Below, piece by piece: positions 32,170 through 42,119 of a stretch of 64,000 nucleotides of DNA. This DNA comes from an uncultured Candidatus Rokubacteria bacterium (lineage in GTDB: Bacteria; Methylomirabilota; Methylomirabilia; Rokubacteriales; CSP1-6). The notes under the pieces are model-generated. The model was given only the letters and a program-made list of their open reading frames with translations, did not search any database and was not told the DNA's origin. The stretch lies in the NCBI GenBank assembly GCA_963758635.1, contig CAVWWD010000008.1:608001-672000 (forward strand), written 5' to 3'. A program made the translations under genes and the position numbers. How positions within the stretch are numbered: position 1 is the first letter of the stretch; each line of letters starts with the position of its first letter.

Positions 32170-32450
32170 GTCGCGCGGCTGGGCGTCATCGAGCGCCGGG
32201 CCGAGGGCCCCGGTTACGGCTACAGGTCGCGCCTGGGGTGCGGCCGGTTGCACGAGGCCCGCGATCTCGACCTACTGCACCACACGCAGGAGCACGTCCA
32301 GCGGGGCTTGACGATGACCCGCGCCCCGGGCACCGGCGAAGTTTCGTCCAGGCCGCCAGGTTCTTGAGGGCCGCGTATCCGTTCGCGGCGAGTTGCCGTC
32401 AGGAGCGGGGGGCTGGCTCAGGACGGGGTGTCGCAGGAGGCCGCTCGGCA

Positions 32451-32481
32451 TTGACCTTCCAGTCACTGGAAGCTCTATCGT
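32451..32481 (+). promoter_or_regulatory. MerR-type promoter/operator (CueR-box-like)
   Basis: -35 TTGACC, 19-bp spacer, -10 TATCGT; dyad CTTCCAGT-C-ACTGGAAG. Confidence 0.85.
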
Positions 32482-32522
32482 TAGGCTGCTGATCGCGTCC
32501 CGACACCCCACAGGAGCCACGA

Positions 32523-32993
32523 ATGTCAGAGGCAATGACGATTGGGCAGCTGGCCAAGGCGACCGGTGTCGCGGCGCGGACGATCCGGTACTACGAGGCG
32601 GTCGGAGTGCTCTCAGCGCCGCCGCGATCGGCGGCAGGCTATCGCGAGTACGACGACCGGCACGTCCAAGGCCTGCTCTTCGTTCGCCGCGCGCGTGCCC
32701 TGGGCCTGCCGCTCCGAGACGTGCAGGCACTTCGTGCAAGTGTCGGTGCCGGTGTCAACGGCGCCATGCGGCCGAAGCTGCTGGCCTCGCTCCGCGCCCA
32801 GCTCGCGGCCGTGCGGCGGCAGATCAGGGAGCTCGACGGCCTCCGTCGGCAACTCGAACAGGTGCTGCGGCGCGCCCCGAGCGCCGCGTCTCGGAGCGGA
32901 GCGTGTCGCTGCCTGGAAGGCGGCGGCCGCGCGGAAGGACGCCCCGTGGCGAGGGTGGCCGCCCTATCGATGCCTCGCCGGCGGCCGGAATGA
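32523..32993 (+). CDS. MerR family transcriptional regulator
   Basis: TIGQLAKATGVAARTIRYYE...GYREY; C-terminal CRC. Confidence 0.92.
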   Translation: MSEAMTIGQLAKATGVAARTIRYYEAVGVLSAPPRSAAGYREYDDRHVQGLLFVRRARALGLPLRDVQALRASVGAGVNGAMRPKLLASLRAQLAAVRRQIRELDGLRRQLEQVLRRAPSAASRSGACRCLEGGGRAEGRPVARVAALSMPRRRPE

Positions 32994-34198
32994 CCGAGAC
33001 GCCCCGGCCTGCCGTCGAGACGCGGTGGGGGGTGCTCGGGGCCGCGTTCCTCTTCAACGTTGGGCAGGGTGTGCTGCGTCCCTCATTACCGCTCTATCTG
33101 CAGGCAACGTTCCACGCCAACTACCGCCTCGTGACCTCGATTCCCACCGTCTTTGGCTTTGGCCGATGGCTCGCGAGCGTGCCGACCGGCCTCGCCATCG
33201 AGCGAGTGGGCCATCGGACGCTGATGGTTCTCGGACTGTTGGTTGTGGCGCTCAGCGACATCGGCTCAGTCTTCACGACCGATTCCGCGCTCTTTCTCGG
33301 CGTCCGTGGACTGGCTGGCGTGGGCTGGGCCATGTTCGCGACCGCAGCGACCACGACCATGATCCAGCCCCGCGCCGCAAGCCAGCGGGCCCGGGGCGTG
33401 AGCCTCCTCCTGATGAGCGAAACGGCAGGCCTTTTCCTCGGCAGCCTGGCTGGTGGGTGGCTCTACATTGGCGTCAGCCCCGCCAGCCCATTCTTTTTCG
33501 AGGCGGGGTGCATGCTCCTCGGCAGCCTGGCCGTGGCTCGTGGGCCGGGGGCCGGGACAGGACCACCGCCCCCATCGGAGCGACGCCCGCAGGGTGATCG
33601 AATGCGTGCCGTGCTTCGTCTCCCAGGCGTCCCGATGTTGAGCCTGACGAGCGCGGCGCTCACCGCCGTCCAGGTTGGTCTCGTCGTCTTCCTGTTCCCG
33701 CTGTACGCCACTGTGCGCGCCGGGGTGGATGCGACCACGGTTGGCTTGCTTGTCGCTGTCGGGGTGCTGGGTCGTCTTGGGGCGTTGTGGATCGGAGGCA
33801 GTGCCCCGGACCGCGAGCGGCGGTTTCGTCTTCTCGTTCCGGGCTTGGTTGGGTACGCCACATTGCTCGCGGTGCTGGGCGGCTTGACTCACCCACTTGC
33901 GCTCCTCGCCTGGAACGTGGCCGCCGGCGCCGCGGCCGGCCTCGTGATGGCGTTGCCCGCCGCGCTGGTCGGAGACCTCACACCGCCGCCTTTGCAGGGC
34001 GTGGCGATCGGGTGGTTTCGGACCGTGACGGACACCGGTCAGATCGTGGGTCCCCTGGTGCTCGGCGGTGTCGCGGACCTCGTCGGCTTGCCGCAGGCAT
34101 TTGGGTCTGGCGCGCTGCTGCTGGTGCTGGCCGCCGTGGGATGCTGGCGCCTCAAACGGATCGTCACATCTTCGACGGAGCCGTGTCCAACCCGGTAG
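32990..34198 (+). CDS. MFS transporter
   Basis: About 12 hydrophobic segments; GLAIERVGHR motif A; ATGA overlap with merR. Confidence 0.85.
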   Translation: MTETPRPAVETRWGVLGAAFLFNVGQGVLRPSLPLYLQATFHANYRLVTSIPTVFGFGRWLASVPTGLAIERVGHRTLMVLGLLVVALSDIGSVFTTDSALFLGVRGLAGVGWAMFATAATTTMIQPRAASQRARGVSLLLMSETAGLFLGSLAGGWLYIGVSPASPFFFEAGCMLLGSLAVARGPGAGTGPPPPSERRPQGDRMRAVLRLPGVPMLSLTSAALTAVQVGLVVFLFPLYATVRAGVDATTVGLLVAVGVLGRLGALWIGGSAPDRERRFRLLVPGLVGYATLLAVLGGLTHPLALLAWNVAAGAAAGLVMALPAALVGDLTPPPLQGVAIGWFRTVTDTGQIVGPLVLGGVADLVGLPQAFGSGALLLVLAAVGCWRLKRIVTSSTEPCPTR

Positions 34199-34456
34199 AG
34201 GACATCACGAAAGGAGCCGGGATGAACATTGGTGATCTTCGACAGTTCTTGCGCGCCGCGAATCTGCGGGGCTATGCGGCGCGTTCCTCTGTTCCTTTCG
34301 ACCCATGGGCCCATGGGAGTGTGACCGACGGAAACACCAAGCCCCCGTGGGGGCCGCGCGCGATGTCAAGCATCGGCAAAACCGATGAGACGCAGCCATC
34401 CAAGCGGTGCAAAACTATACCTTGTTTCTTGCGGATTGGACTCGGAGCGTTCCGGA

Positions 34457-35299
34457 ATGTCGGTGACCGACAGCGAATGGATTCGGCCGATCGTGTTCGG
34501 CGTCGCGTTCCTGGTGCTCGCCCTCGCCGAGGTGGGCGCTCCGCGGCGCCGGTTTCCGGCCACGCGTGCGCGCCGCTGGTCGACGAACCTCGGGCTGATG
34601 GCAGTTGGCGCCGTGCTCAGCCGGGTCATCGTGCCGCTGGGCGCCGTGGCGGCGGCCGCCCTGGCGACGAACAACGGCTGGGGCCTGCTCGGCGCCGCTC
34701 GGATTGCAACAGTTCCCCTTGGGCTGGTCGCAGCGGTCGTGGCCCTCGACGGCGCGATTTATGGTCAGCACGTGGTGATGCATCGCCTGCCCGTGCTCTG
34801 GAGACTGCACCGTGTCCACCACGCGGATCCGGGCTTCGACGCCTCCACCGGTGTCCGCTTCCACCCTGGAGAGATCCTGCTTTCTGCGGGTCTCAAGGTC
34901 GCGCTGGTCCTCCTGCTCGGGGCGGCGCCCATCGCTGTCGTGACGTTCGAGCTGCTGCTTAACGTGTGCGCCATGTTCAACCACGCGAACCTGAGGCTGC
35001 CCGGCGTGGTGGACCGCGCGGTGCGGATGGTTCTCGTGACGCCGGACATGCACCGCGTGCACCATTCGGTCGACGCGCGCGAGCACAACCGGAACTTCGG
35101 CTTTACGGTCCCGTGGTGGGACTGGTTATTCGGGACCTATCGTCACCAGCCCGCGGCCAGCCACGAGACGATGGCCATCGGGCTTCCGTCCATCGCTGCG
35201 GCGCCGGCGCAACGCCTGGTGGCGATGCTACTCGAGCCGTTCCGGGTCACCGAGGATGACGCTCGCAGGGCATCTTTTCCAGATCTCACAGGAGGATGA
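34457..35299 (+). CDS. Sterol desaturase / fatty acid hydroxylase family
   Basis: His boxes HVVMH, HRVHH, HRVHH; WDWLFGTY. Confidence 0.88.
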   Translation: MSVTDSEWIRPIVFGVAFLVLALAEVGAPRRRFPATRARRWSTNLGLMAVGAVLSRVIVPLGAVAAAALATNNGWGLLGAARIATVPLGLVAAVVALDGAIYGQHVVMHRLPVLWRLHRVHHADPGFDASTGVRFHPGEILLSAGLKVALVLLLGAAPIAVVTFELLLNVCAMFNHANLRLPGVVDRAVRMVLVTPDMHRVHHSVDAREHNRNFGFTVPWWDWLFGTYRHQPAASHETMAIGLPSIAAAPAQRLVAMLLEPFRVTEDDARRASFPDLTGG

Positions 35300-35306
35300 T
35301 CCATCG

Positions 35307-35738
35307 ATGGCGGAGACCGTACGAGGGGCGATCAAGGAACTGCTGGAAGGAACGATGGCCACGATCGACGCATTGCTGGCGACGCCCGAGGGTGAGCTCG
35401 CGATGCCGTCGTCACACGGTTGCGCGCAGGGCAAGGACCTCTGGACGCTGATCACCAACGACATCGATCACGAGAAGATCCACACCGCCCAGGTACTCGA
35501 GGGGCGCTACGAGGCGCGGCTGACCGCCTCTCCGAGGGACCGGCTGATCGCCGAGTGGCTGGCGGAGCGTGCACGGTTCGTCGGCTCACTGATCGGGGTG
35601 ACCGATGCGCAATTCAACGCCGAAACCGCTCCGGGCCAGTGGACCTACCGGGTGGTGGCCAAGCACGTCCTTTCGCTGGAGCAGGACTCGCTGAAGACCT
35701 TGGCCGCGGACCGCGCGGCCAGAGAAGCGGGTCGGTGA
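35307..35738 (+). CDS. DinB-like hypothetical protein
   Basis: HEKIH; GQWTYRVVAKHVL; GGAGG RBS. Confidence 0.65.
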   Translation: MAETVRGAIKELLEGTMATIDALLATPEGELAMPSSHGCAQGKDLWTLITNDIDHEKIHTAQVLEGRYEARLTASPRDRLIAEWLAERARFVGSLIGVTDAQFNAETAPGQWTYRVVAKHVLSLEQDSLKTLAADRAAREAGR

Positions 35739-35756
35739 ACCAGCCGGTGGGGCGCT

Positions 35757-36384
35757 ATGGAGGAATCGTCCGTGGATGACACCACCGCGGGCTACGCCGA
35801 GCATGCGGACACCCTCGTGAAGCAGTACGAGAGCGTCCGCTTCGCGGATGTGCATAGGCCGGTGCTGCATCTGATACCCAGGCGGCCGGGCCGGGCTCTC
35901 GACATCGGATCGGGGACTGGCCGCGATGCCTCTGCGCTGGCTGCGATGGGCCATCGTGTCGTCGCAGTGGAGCCAACGGGCGAATTCCGCGCGACGGCGG
36001 CCGCCTTGCACCCTTCCCCAAAGGATCGAGTGGGTAGACGATCGCCTTCCTGACCTGTCGCGCGTCACTCGACGCGGGGAGTTCTTCGACGTGGTGTTGC
36101 TGACGGCGGTCTGGATGCATCTGGACCAGCACCAACGTCGGCAGGCCATGCGGACCGTGGCCGGCTTGCTGCGGGAAGGCGGGGCCTTGGCCCTGTCGCT
36201 TCGCCATGGGCCGGTTCCAGCCGGCCGGCGTATGTTTGACGTCTCGGCAGAGGAGACGATCGACTTGGCCGCCGAGGCAGGCTTGAATGTGACGATACGG
36301 GCCGAGAACCAATCCGACTTCTTCGGCCGACCGCATGTGCGTTGGACCTCGTTGGGTTTCATACGATGCTCAGGACCAAGATGA
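35757..36384 (+). CDS. Class I SAM-dependent methyltransferase (frameshift near 36015)
   Basis: LDIGSGTGRDA, VAVEP, AVWMHL, LSLRHG. Confidence 0.82.
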
Positions 36385-36394
36385 TCTGCTCGTT

Positions 36395-36955
36395 CGTCGG
36401 TTGGTCCTGCTCGACGAGCCCGTCCTCTCGGAGGTGGTGTTCACCGGCGCCAAGAACGCGCGAAGCTTCACGTGCGGGGCGCTCAGCGAGAAGGGCGACG
36501 CCGCGCGGGAGCTCGACTTCGCCCGCGAGCTCGTCAACGCGGCGGTGCGGGGGATCCCGCGCTCCCGGCTCGGCAACTGGACGCGGGACGAGCAGGCCGC
36601 GCTGTCCGGGGATTACGCGCCCCTGCTTCCCACGCTCCGGTCCCTCGACGTCGGGACGTTCTTCCTCGATCTGTGCACGCCTCGCGCGGGGGATCTTGAC
36701 GTCCTGCGGTCCCTGCCCGACGACCGCCGGGTCGGCATCGGCGTCGTCAACCAGAAGCGCGACGAGGTGGAGCCGGTCGGGGACATCGTGGCCAGGGTTC
36801 GCCGCGCGATCGACGTCTTCGGGCGCGATCGGATCCTGCTCACGCCGGACTGCGGCTTCGCCACGTTCGCCGACAACCCGGTCACCGCGCCGGGCCTCGC
36901 CGAGGAGAAGCTGCGCGCGATCGTCCGGGCCGCGGAGATCCTCCGCGGAGGGTAG
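36395..36955 (+). pseudogene. C-terminal remnant of a cobalamin-independent methionine synthase II family gene
   Basis: LDEPVL, GNWT, GVVNQK, TPDCGF; N-terminal half and HxC zinc motif absent. Confidence 0.72.
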
Positions 36956-36976
36956 GGAAAGGGCGCGGAGGTCCCG

Positions 36977-37733
36977 CTAACGCGGGCGGGCGGCGGCCTC
37001 GGAGCCGCCCGGTCCCGCCCGTGCCCACAGCGCCTCCAGCTCGCGCGCCAACCTCGGCGGGCCGCTCGAGGGGCCACCAGTGCGAGCACCCGAGCGGGAC
37101 GAAGCGGGCGCCCGTCCGCTCGGCCAGCCGGGCTCCGAAGCGGCTCGCCGCGTAGGGGTCGTCCTCTCCCCACAGGACGAGTCCGGGCGCGGTGACGCGC
37201 GCGAGATCGCCGGCCCACTCCCGCCCCACGTCGATGGCCGAGCGATAGAGGCGCAGGATGCAGGCCTTCATGACCGCGTCGACGCGGCCGGCGGTCGCCA
37301 TGGCCTCGGCCTCCGGCACACCCGTCGCGGCCCAGAGCGGCGGCCAGCGCCTCGGGCGTGCTGGACTCCATCACCCGCTCGCCCACCTCGGGCGTCGGCC
37401 AGAGCCGTGCGGCCCGGTGCCACTCGTACTCGGGATCGAGCGGCGCCGCGCCACCGCCCAGGTGCGAACGAGCTCGGGCTCGAGCGACACCGCGCGGATG
37501 ACGAGGAGCGCGCCCCAGTCGTGACCGACGAGGTCGATCGGGCGGGGCAGGGCGGCGAGCGACTCGAGGAGCCAGCCCACGTACCCGGCCTTGGTCGGCT
37601 CGAAGCCTGACGGCAGCGGCACGCCGAAGCCAGGTAGCGCCAGCGTGACGGTGTCCGCGCGATGGAGCCGCGACAGGACCGCGTCCCACACGCGCGTGGT
37701 GTCGGGAACGCCGTGGACGAAGACCGCGGGCAT
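36977..37733 (-). CDS. Alpha/beta fold hydrolase (several frameshifts)
   Basis: VHGVPD, GHDWG, WGEDDPY, CSHWW. Confidence 0.8.
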
Positions 37734-37751
37734 GGTCGTGATCCTCCTTTG

Positions 37752-38417
37752 TCACCTGGGGCGGTCAGCGGGCCGGCGGCCGCGCCGCGCCGTCCGGCCC
37801 GCGGAGAGCGTGCCGCCGGTCGCCGCGCCATAGCGGAGCCGGCGGGTCAGGCGCACGGCGAGGACGCCCAGGATCACCGCCGGCCCGGCGAGGACGATCA
37901 GGCGCACGGCCTGTCCGCGCTCCAGCACGGTGGTGCCGAAGAGGTGACCGGCGCCGATCCAGAGCGTGGTGTACGCCAGCGTGCCGATCACGTCGAACGC
38001 GAGGAACCGCCAGTACGGGAGGTGGCCGGCCCCGGAGAGCACGGCGGCGAAGAGCCGGACGCCCACCGAGAAGCGGCCGAACAGCACGGCCATCGCCCCG
38101 AACCGCGTGAACGCGGCAGTGGTCTTCTCCACGCAACGCTCGGAGCCGAGCGACACCCGGCAGTACCACGCGAGCAGGCGCGTGCCACCCAGCGCCCCGG
38201 CGGCGTACAGCGCGTGGTCGCCGATGACCAGGCCGGCCGTGCCGAGGAGGACGAGGAGCCCCAGGTCGCTCCAGCGGTCCGCGACGGCGCCGGCCACCAC
38301 CAGCACGAGACGCCCGGGGAAGGGAAAGCCCGTGGCGTCGATCATCCCGGATACCAGGACGAGCGTGAGCTGGTGCCGCTCGAACCAGTCGAGACCGGGC
38401 TGGAGCCACTCCATCAC
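37752..38417 (-). CDS. DedA family membrane protein
   Basis: GFPFPG, GDHALY, FGRFSVGVR, F..FDVIG. Confidence 0.88.
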   Translation of the reverse strand: MMEWLQPGLDWFERHQLTLVLVSGMIDATGFPFPGRLVLVVAGAVADRWSDLGLLVLLGTAGLVIGDHALYAAGALGGTRLLAWYCRVSLGSERCVEKTTAAFTRFGAMAVLFGRFSVGVRLFAAVLSGAGHLPYWRFLAFDVIGTLAYTTLWIGAGHLFGTTVLERGQAVRLIVLAGPAVILGVLAVRLTRRLRYGAATGGTLSAGRTARRGRRPADRPR

Positions 38418-38525
38418 GGGTCAGGATACGCCAGGCGTCCCGGTGGCCGCCGTCCACTTCTTTCACCGCGGGCGGGCACACATCAACGAAAATACGTCGA
38501 TGCGTCCGAGAGAGTTCGTCTCCGC

Positions 38526-39710
38526 GTGAGCGCCACGGCCAGCGGGGGCGCTCGAGCGCGGTCCGCGCGCTGGGTGCTCCCCGCGTGCATGTTCTTCAGC
38601 ACGTTCGCGTGGTCGTTCGTGTACGTGAGCCTGCCCTTCTACATCCACCGCGTGTCGCCGTACGACGAGTCGGCGACGCTCCGCTGGACGGGCTGGATCC
38701 TCGGCGTCTCCTCGATCATCACCGTGCTCACCGCGCCGGCCTGGGGCAAGCTCGCGACGATGTGGAGCCCGAAGTCGCTGTACATCGCGGTCGAGCTCCT
38801 GCAGGGCGGCGGGTTCTTCGTGATGGCGATGGCCCGCACGCTTCCCGAGCTGTTCCTCGCCCGCGCGCTGCTCGGCGTGATGGGCGCGGCCTCGACGTTC
38901 GCGTACATCATCGCGGGGCGCGCCGGCGGAGACGTGCGGCGCGAGATCTCGGGGATCCAGTCGGCGAGCACGGTCGGCCAGGTGATGGGGCCGCTGGCGG
39001 GGGCGATCACGGCCAACCGCCTGGGGTTCAGCGAGTCGTTCGTCATCGGCGGTCTGATCCTCCTCGCCTGCGCGGGGCTCGTGTGGCGCCGCGTCGTCGA
39101 GGGCCCGGAGCCGCCGCCCGCGGCCGTCACGGGCGCGCGGGCCGACGCCCTCCGCGAGGTGGGGCCGGTGTGCCTGCTCGTGCTCGCGGGATCGTGCCAG
39201 ATCTTCTTCCTGCCCGCGATCCTGCCCCAGATGCTGCCGAGCCTCGGCGTGGCGCCGGAGCGCACGCTGGAGGCGGGCGGCCTCATCATCTTCGCCACCG
39301 GCGTGGCGGCGGCGCTCGGCTCCATGGCGGCGCCGTGGCTCGCCGAACACGCGGGCGACCGCCGGACCGTCGCGTGGTTCCTCGGCGCGTCCTCCGTGGT
39401 TCTCGCCGCCTTCGCGCTCGCGCCGGAGGTGTGGAGCTTCGGCGGCCTGCGCTTCATCCAGGTGCTGTGTATTGCGCCCGTCTTCCCGATCTCCGTGGCC
39501 GCGATCGCGCAGCGCGCCTCGGGGGCGACCATCGGGCTCGTGAACTCGGCGCGGATCGCCGCCTCGTTCCTGGGGCCGGTGATCGCCACGACGCTGCTCG
39601 CCGCGGGACCGGCCGGCATCGTCTACGTCGTGCTCGCCGCGATCGGGTTCGCCGTGCTGCCCGTGGTGCTGCGCGGCCTCGCGCGGCCGGAGGCGTCGGG
39701 CCGGGCATGA
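38526..39710 (+). CDS. MFS transporter
   Basis: About 12 hydrophobic segments; APAWGKLA, ARALLG. Confidence 0.85.
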   Translation: MSATASGGARARSARWVLPACMFFSTFAWSFVYVSLPFYIHRVSPYDESATLRWTGWILGVSSIITVLTAPAWGKLATMWSPKSLYIAVELLQGGGFFVMAMARTLPELFLARALLGVMGAASTFAYIIAGRAGGDVRREISGIQSASTVGQVMGPLAGAITANRLGFSESFVIGGLILLACAGLVWRRVVEGPEPPPAAVTGARADALREVGPVCLLVLAGSCQIFFLPAILPQMLPSLGVAPERTLEAGGLIIFATGVAAALGSMAAPWLAEHAGDRRTVAWFLGASSVVLAAFALAPEVWSFGGLRFIQVLCIAPVFPISVAAIAQRASGATIGLVNSARIAASFLGPVIATTLLAAGPAGIVYVVLAAIGFAVLPVVLRGLARPEASGRA

Positions 39711-40822
39711 CTGGTGGGGGCGTCGTGCGTCTGTCCGAGGTGCGAATGGAGGGTGTCGGCAAGCGCGCCGGCCGCGGGTGGGTGGTGGCCGACGTGACGA
39801 TCTCCGTCCGCCCCGGGGAGATCTACACGCTGCTCGGCCCGGCGGGGAGCGGCACGAGCACGCTCATCGCCTTGGTGGCCGGGCTCCTCCGACCCGACGC
39901 CGGACGGATCCTGGTGAACGACGAGCCCGTCGACCACCTGCCGCCGCAGCGGCGTGGCGTCGGGCTGGTGCCGTCGGGCGGCGCGCTCTGGCCGCACCTG
40001 TCGGTGGGCGACAACGTGGCCTTCGGCCTCTCCGGCCGCGGCATTAGCGACGCCGAGCGGCGCCGCCGCGTGGGGGCCGCGCTCGAGCAGGTCGGTCTGC
40101 CTGGCACGGAGGCGCGGCGGCCCCACGAGCTCACGGGGGCGGAGCCGCGCCGGGTCGCCATCGCGCGGGCGCTCGTCGTGGAGCCGCGGCTCCTCCTGCT
40201 CGACGACCCGATGGCTGGCCTCGACGCCGCGCGCGGCGTCGAGCTGCGCCTCGACCTGGCGCGGGTCCACAAGGACGTGGGCGTCACGACGCTCCACGCC
40301 ACCGCGGACCACGCCGAGGCCCTCGCGCTGGCGACCCGCATCGCCGTGCTGTCCGGCGGCCGCGTGCTGCAGGAGGGCCGGCCCGAGGAGGTCTACTGGC
40401 GCCCGCGAAGCCGCGCGGTGGCGCAGTACGTGGGCGCGGCCAACCTGGTCCCCGTGCGCGTGCTCGAGGTGCGCGAGATGGGCGTCGTCGTCGCCACCGA
40501 CGGGGGAGCGCAGCTGCCCGTGGCATCGGGGGGCCACGCGTGGACGGTGGGCGCCCGCGGCACCCTCTGCCTGCGTCCGGAGGCGCTCGTGATCGAGGAG
40601 GCGGAGCGGGCGCGTGGCGGCATTCGCGGCACCGTCTCCGGCTACGTGTTCGAGGGCGGCCGCGCGCTCTACGACGTGGCGATCCCGGGCGCGACGCTCC
40701 GCGTGGAAGCGTTCACCTCGGCCACGCAGGGGCGCGGGTTCGCGCGCGGCGACCACGTGCGCGTGGAGGTGCAGACGGAGAGCGCCGTCCTGCTGCCCGA
40801 GGAGGCGGGACCGGCCGGCTGA
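39707..40822 (+). CDS. PotA/FbpC-like ABC ATP-binding protein homolog with degenerate catalytic motifs and a TOBE domain
   Basis: GPAGSGTST, LTGAE, LLLLDD, HATAD. Confidence 0.8.
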   Translation: MTGGGVVRLSEVRMEGVGKRAGRGWVVADVTISVRPGEIYTLLGPAGSGTSTLIALVAGLLRPDAGRILVNDEPVDHLPPQRRGVGLVPSGGALWPHLSVGDNVAFGLSGRGISDAERRRRVGAALEQVGLPGTEARRPHELTGAEPRRVAIARALVVEPRLLLLDDPMAGLDAARGVELRLDLARVHKDVGVTTLHATADHAEALALATRIAVLSGGRVLQEGRPEEVYWRPRSRAVAQYVGAANLVPVRVLEVREMGVVVATDGGAQLPVASGGHAWTVGARGTLCLRPEALVIEEAERARGGIRGTVSGYVFEGGRALYDVAIPGATLRVEAFTSATQGRGFARGDHVRVEVQTESAVLLPEEAGPAG

Positions 40823-40906
40823 TATACTCCCGATGCCCAGCCACGGACGTGCGCGTGGCGAGAAGCCGACGCTCGGCGCGGGAACGCGAGCGCGGGGAGG
40901 GAGCGA

Positions 40907-41221
40907 ATGGAGATCAGCCCGCAGGAGCTCAAGGGCCGCCTGGATCGCCGCGAGCCCATCGTCCTGCTCGACGTGCGCGATCCGTGGGAGACGGCCCTCG
41001 TCCGGCTCGACAACGCCGTGCACATCCCCATGGACGAGATCGAGACGCGGGCGGACGAGCTGGACGCGCGCGAGGAGACGGTCGTCTACTGCCACCACGG
41101 CGTCCGCAGCGCGGCGGTGGCCGACTACCTCCGGAGCATCGGCTTCCCGCGCGTCATGAACCTCGCCGGCGGCGTCGACGAGTGGGCGCGCACGGTGGAC
41201 CGCTCGATGAAGCGCTACTGA
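40907..41221 (+). CDS. Rhodanese-like domain protein
   Basis: LLDVR, VYCHHGVRS, NLAGG. Confidence 0.9.
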   Translation: MEISPQELKGRLDRREPIVLLDVRDPWETALVRLDNAVHIPMDEIETRADELDAREETVVYCHHGVRSAAVADYLRSIGFPRVMNLAGGVDEWARTVDRSMKRY

Positions 41222-42025
41222 TGACCGAGCCCGCGCCCACGCCGCCGCCGCCCGGGCCCGACGGGCAGGTGCGCATCGAGAACCGCGGCGGCTGCGCATG
41301 GGTGACGCTGGACCGGCCGCCGCTCAACCTCCTCGTCCCCGGCCTGATCCGTGCGATCCGCGACGCCTTCGAGGGCCTGGCCAGGAACCCCGGGGTGCGC
41401 GCCGCCGTGCTGACGGGGGCCGGGCGGGCCACCACCGCCGGCATGCAGGTGCAGGTGCTGCGCGAGCTGGATCCCGCGTCGGCGAAGACGCTGATCAGCG
41501 GCCTCCACGACACGATCCGGGCCGTCCACGACGCGCCCTTCCCCACCGTGTGCATGGTCAACGGCGCCTGCCTCGGCGCCGGCTTCGAGCTGGCCATGGC
41601 GTGCGACATGCGCGTGGCCTCCACCGACGCCGTGCTCGGGCTGCCCGAGGTGCGCGTGGGCGTGCCGTCGGTCATCGAGGCGGCGCTCCTGCCCGCCCTC
41701 GTGGGCCCGGGCCGCGCCGCGGAGATGCTGTTCACCGGCGACGCCATCCCGGCGGCGCGGGCGCTCGAGTGGGGCCTCGTCAACCGCGTCGGTGCCGCCG
41801 GCCGAGCTCGCGCGGGAGACCACCGCGCTCGTCGAGTCGATCATCGCGTGCGCGCCGACGGCGATCCGGCTCCAGAAGGAGCTGATCATCCGGTGGCGCA
41901 GCACGGACCTGCGCACGGCCATCGAGTACGGCATCAACGCGTTCGCCCAGTCCTACGCCACCGGCGACGCGCGCGAGGCCCAGTCCGCCTTCCTCGAGAA
42001 GCGGCCTCCCAGATTCGGCTCGTGA
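41221..42025 (+). CDS. Enoyl-CoA hydratase/isomerase family (frameshift near 41791)
   Basis: NGACLGAGFELAMACD, LPEVRVG, AFLEKRPP. Confidence 0.88.
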
Positions 42026-42103
42026 GCCCCGCGCATCAGACCAATGCCGAGCGGTGGGACTGTAGAGGCCCGTCGCGGTGACCGCATTCTGCGAGGGTCA
42101 TTG
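42023..42103 (+). repeat. Intergenic repeat family A, copy 2
   Basis: Matches 19382-19454. Confidence 0.85.
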
Positions 42104-42119
42104 TCGGTTCGCCGCAGCG

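Noticed and set aside
32230..32400. Possible second integrase remnant after attR (VLLRV on the minus strand)
   Set aside because: Match limited to about five residues; no other catalytic motifs
37662..40822. MFS-ABC fusion or 682/745-aa proteins
   Set aside because: Artefacts of upstream open frames; two separate genes overlap at ATGA (39707-39710)
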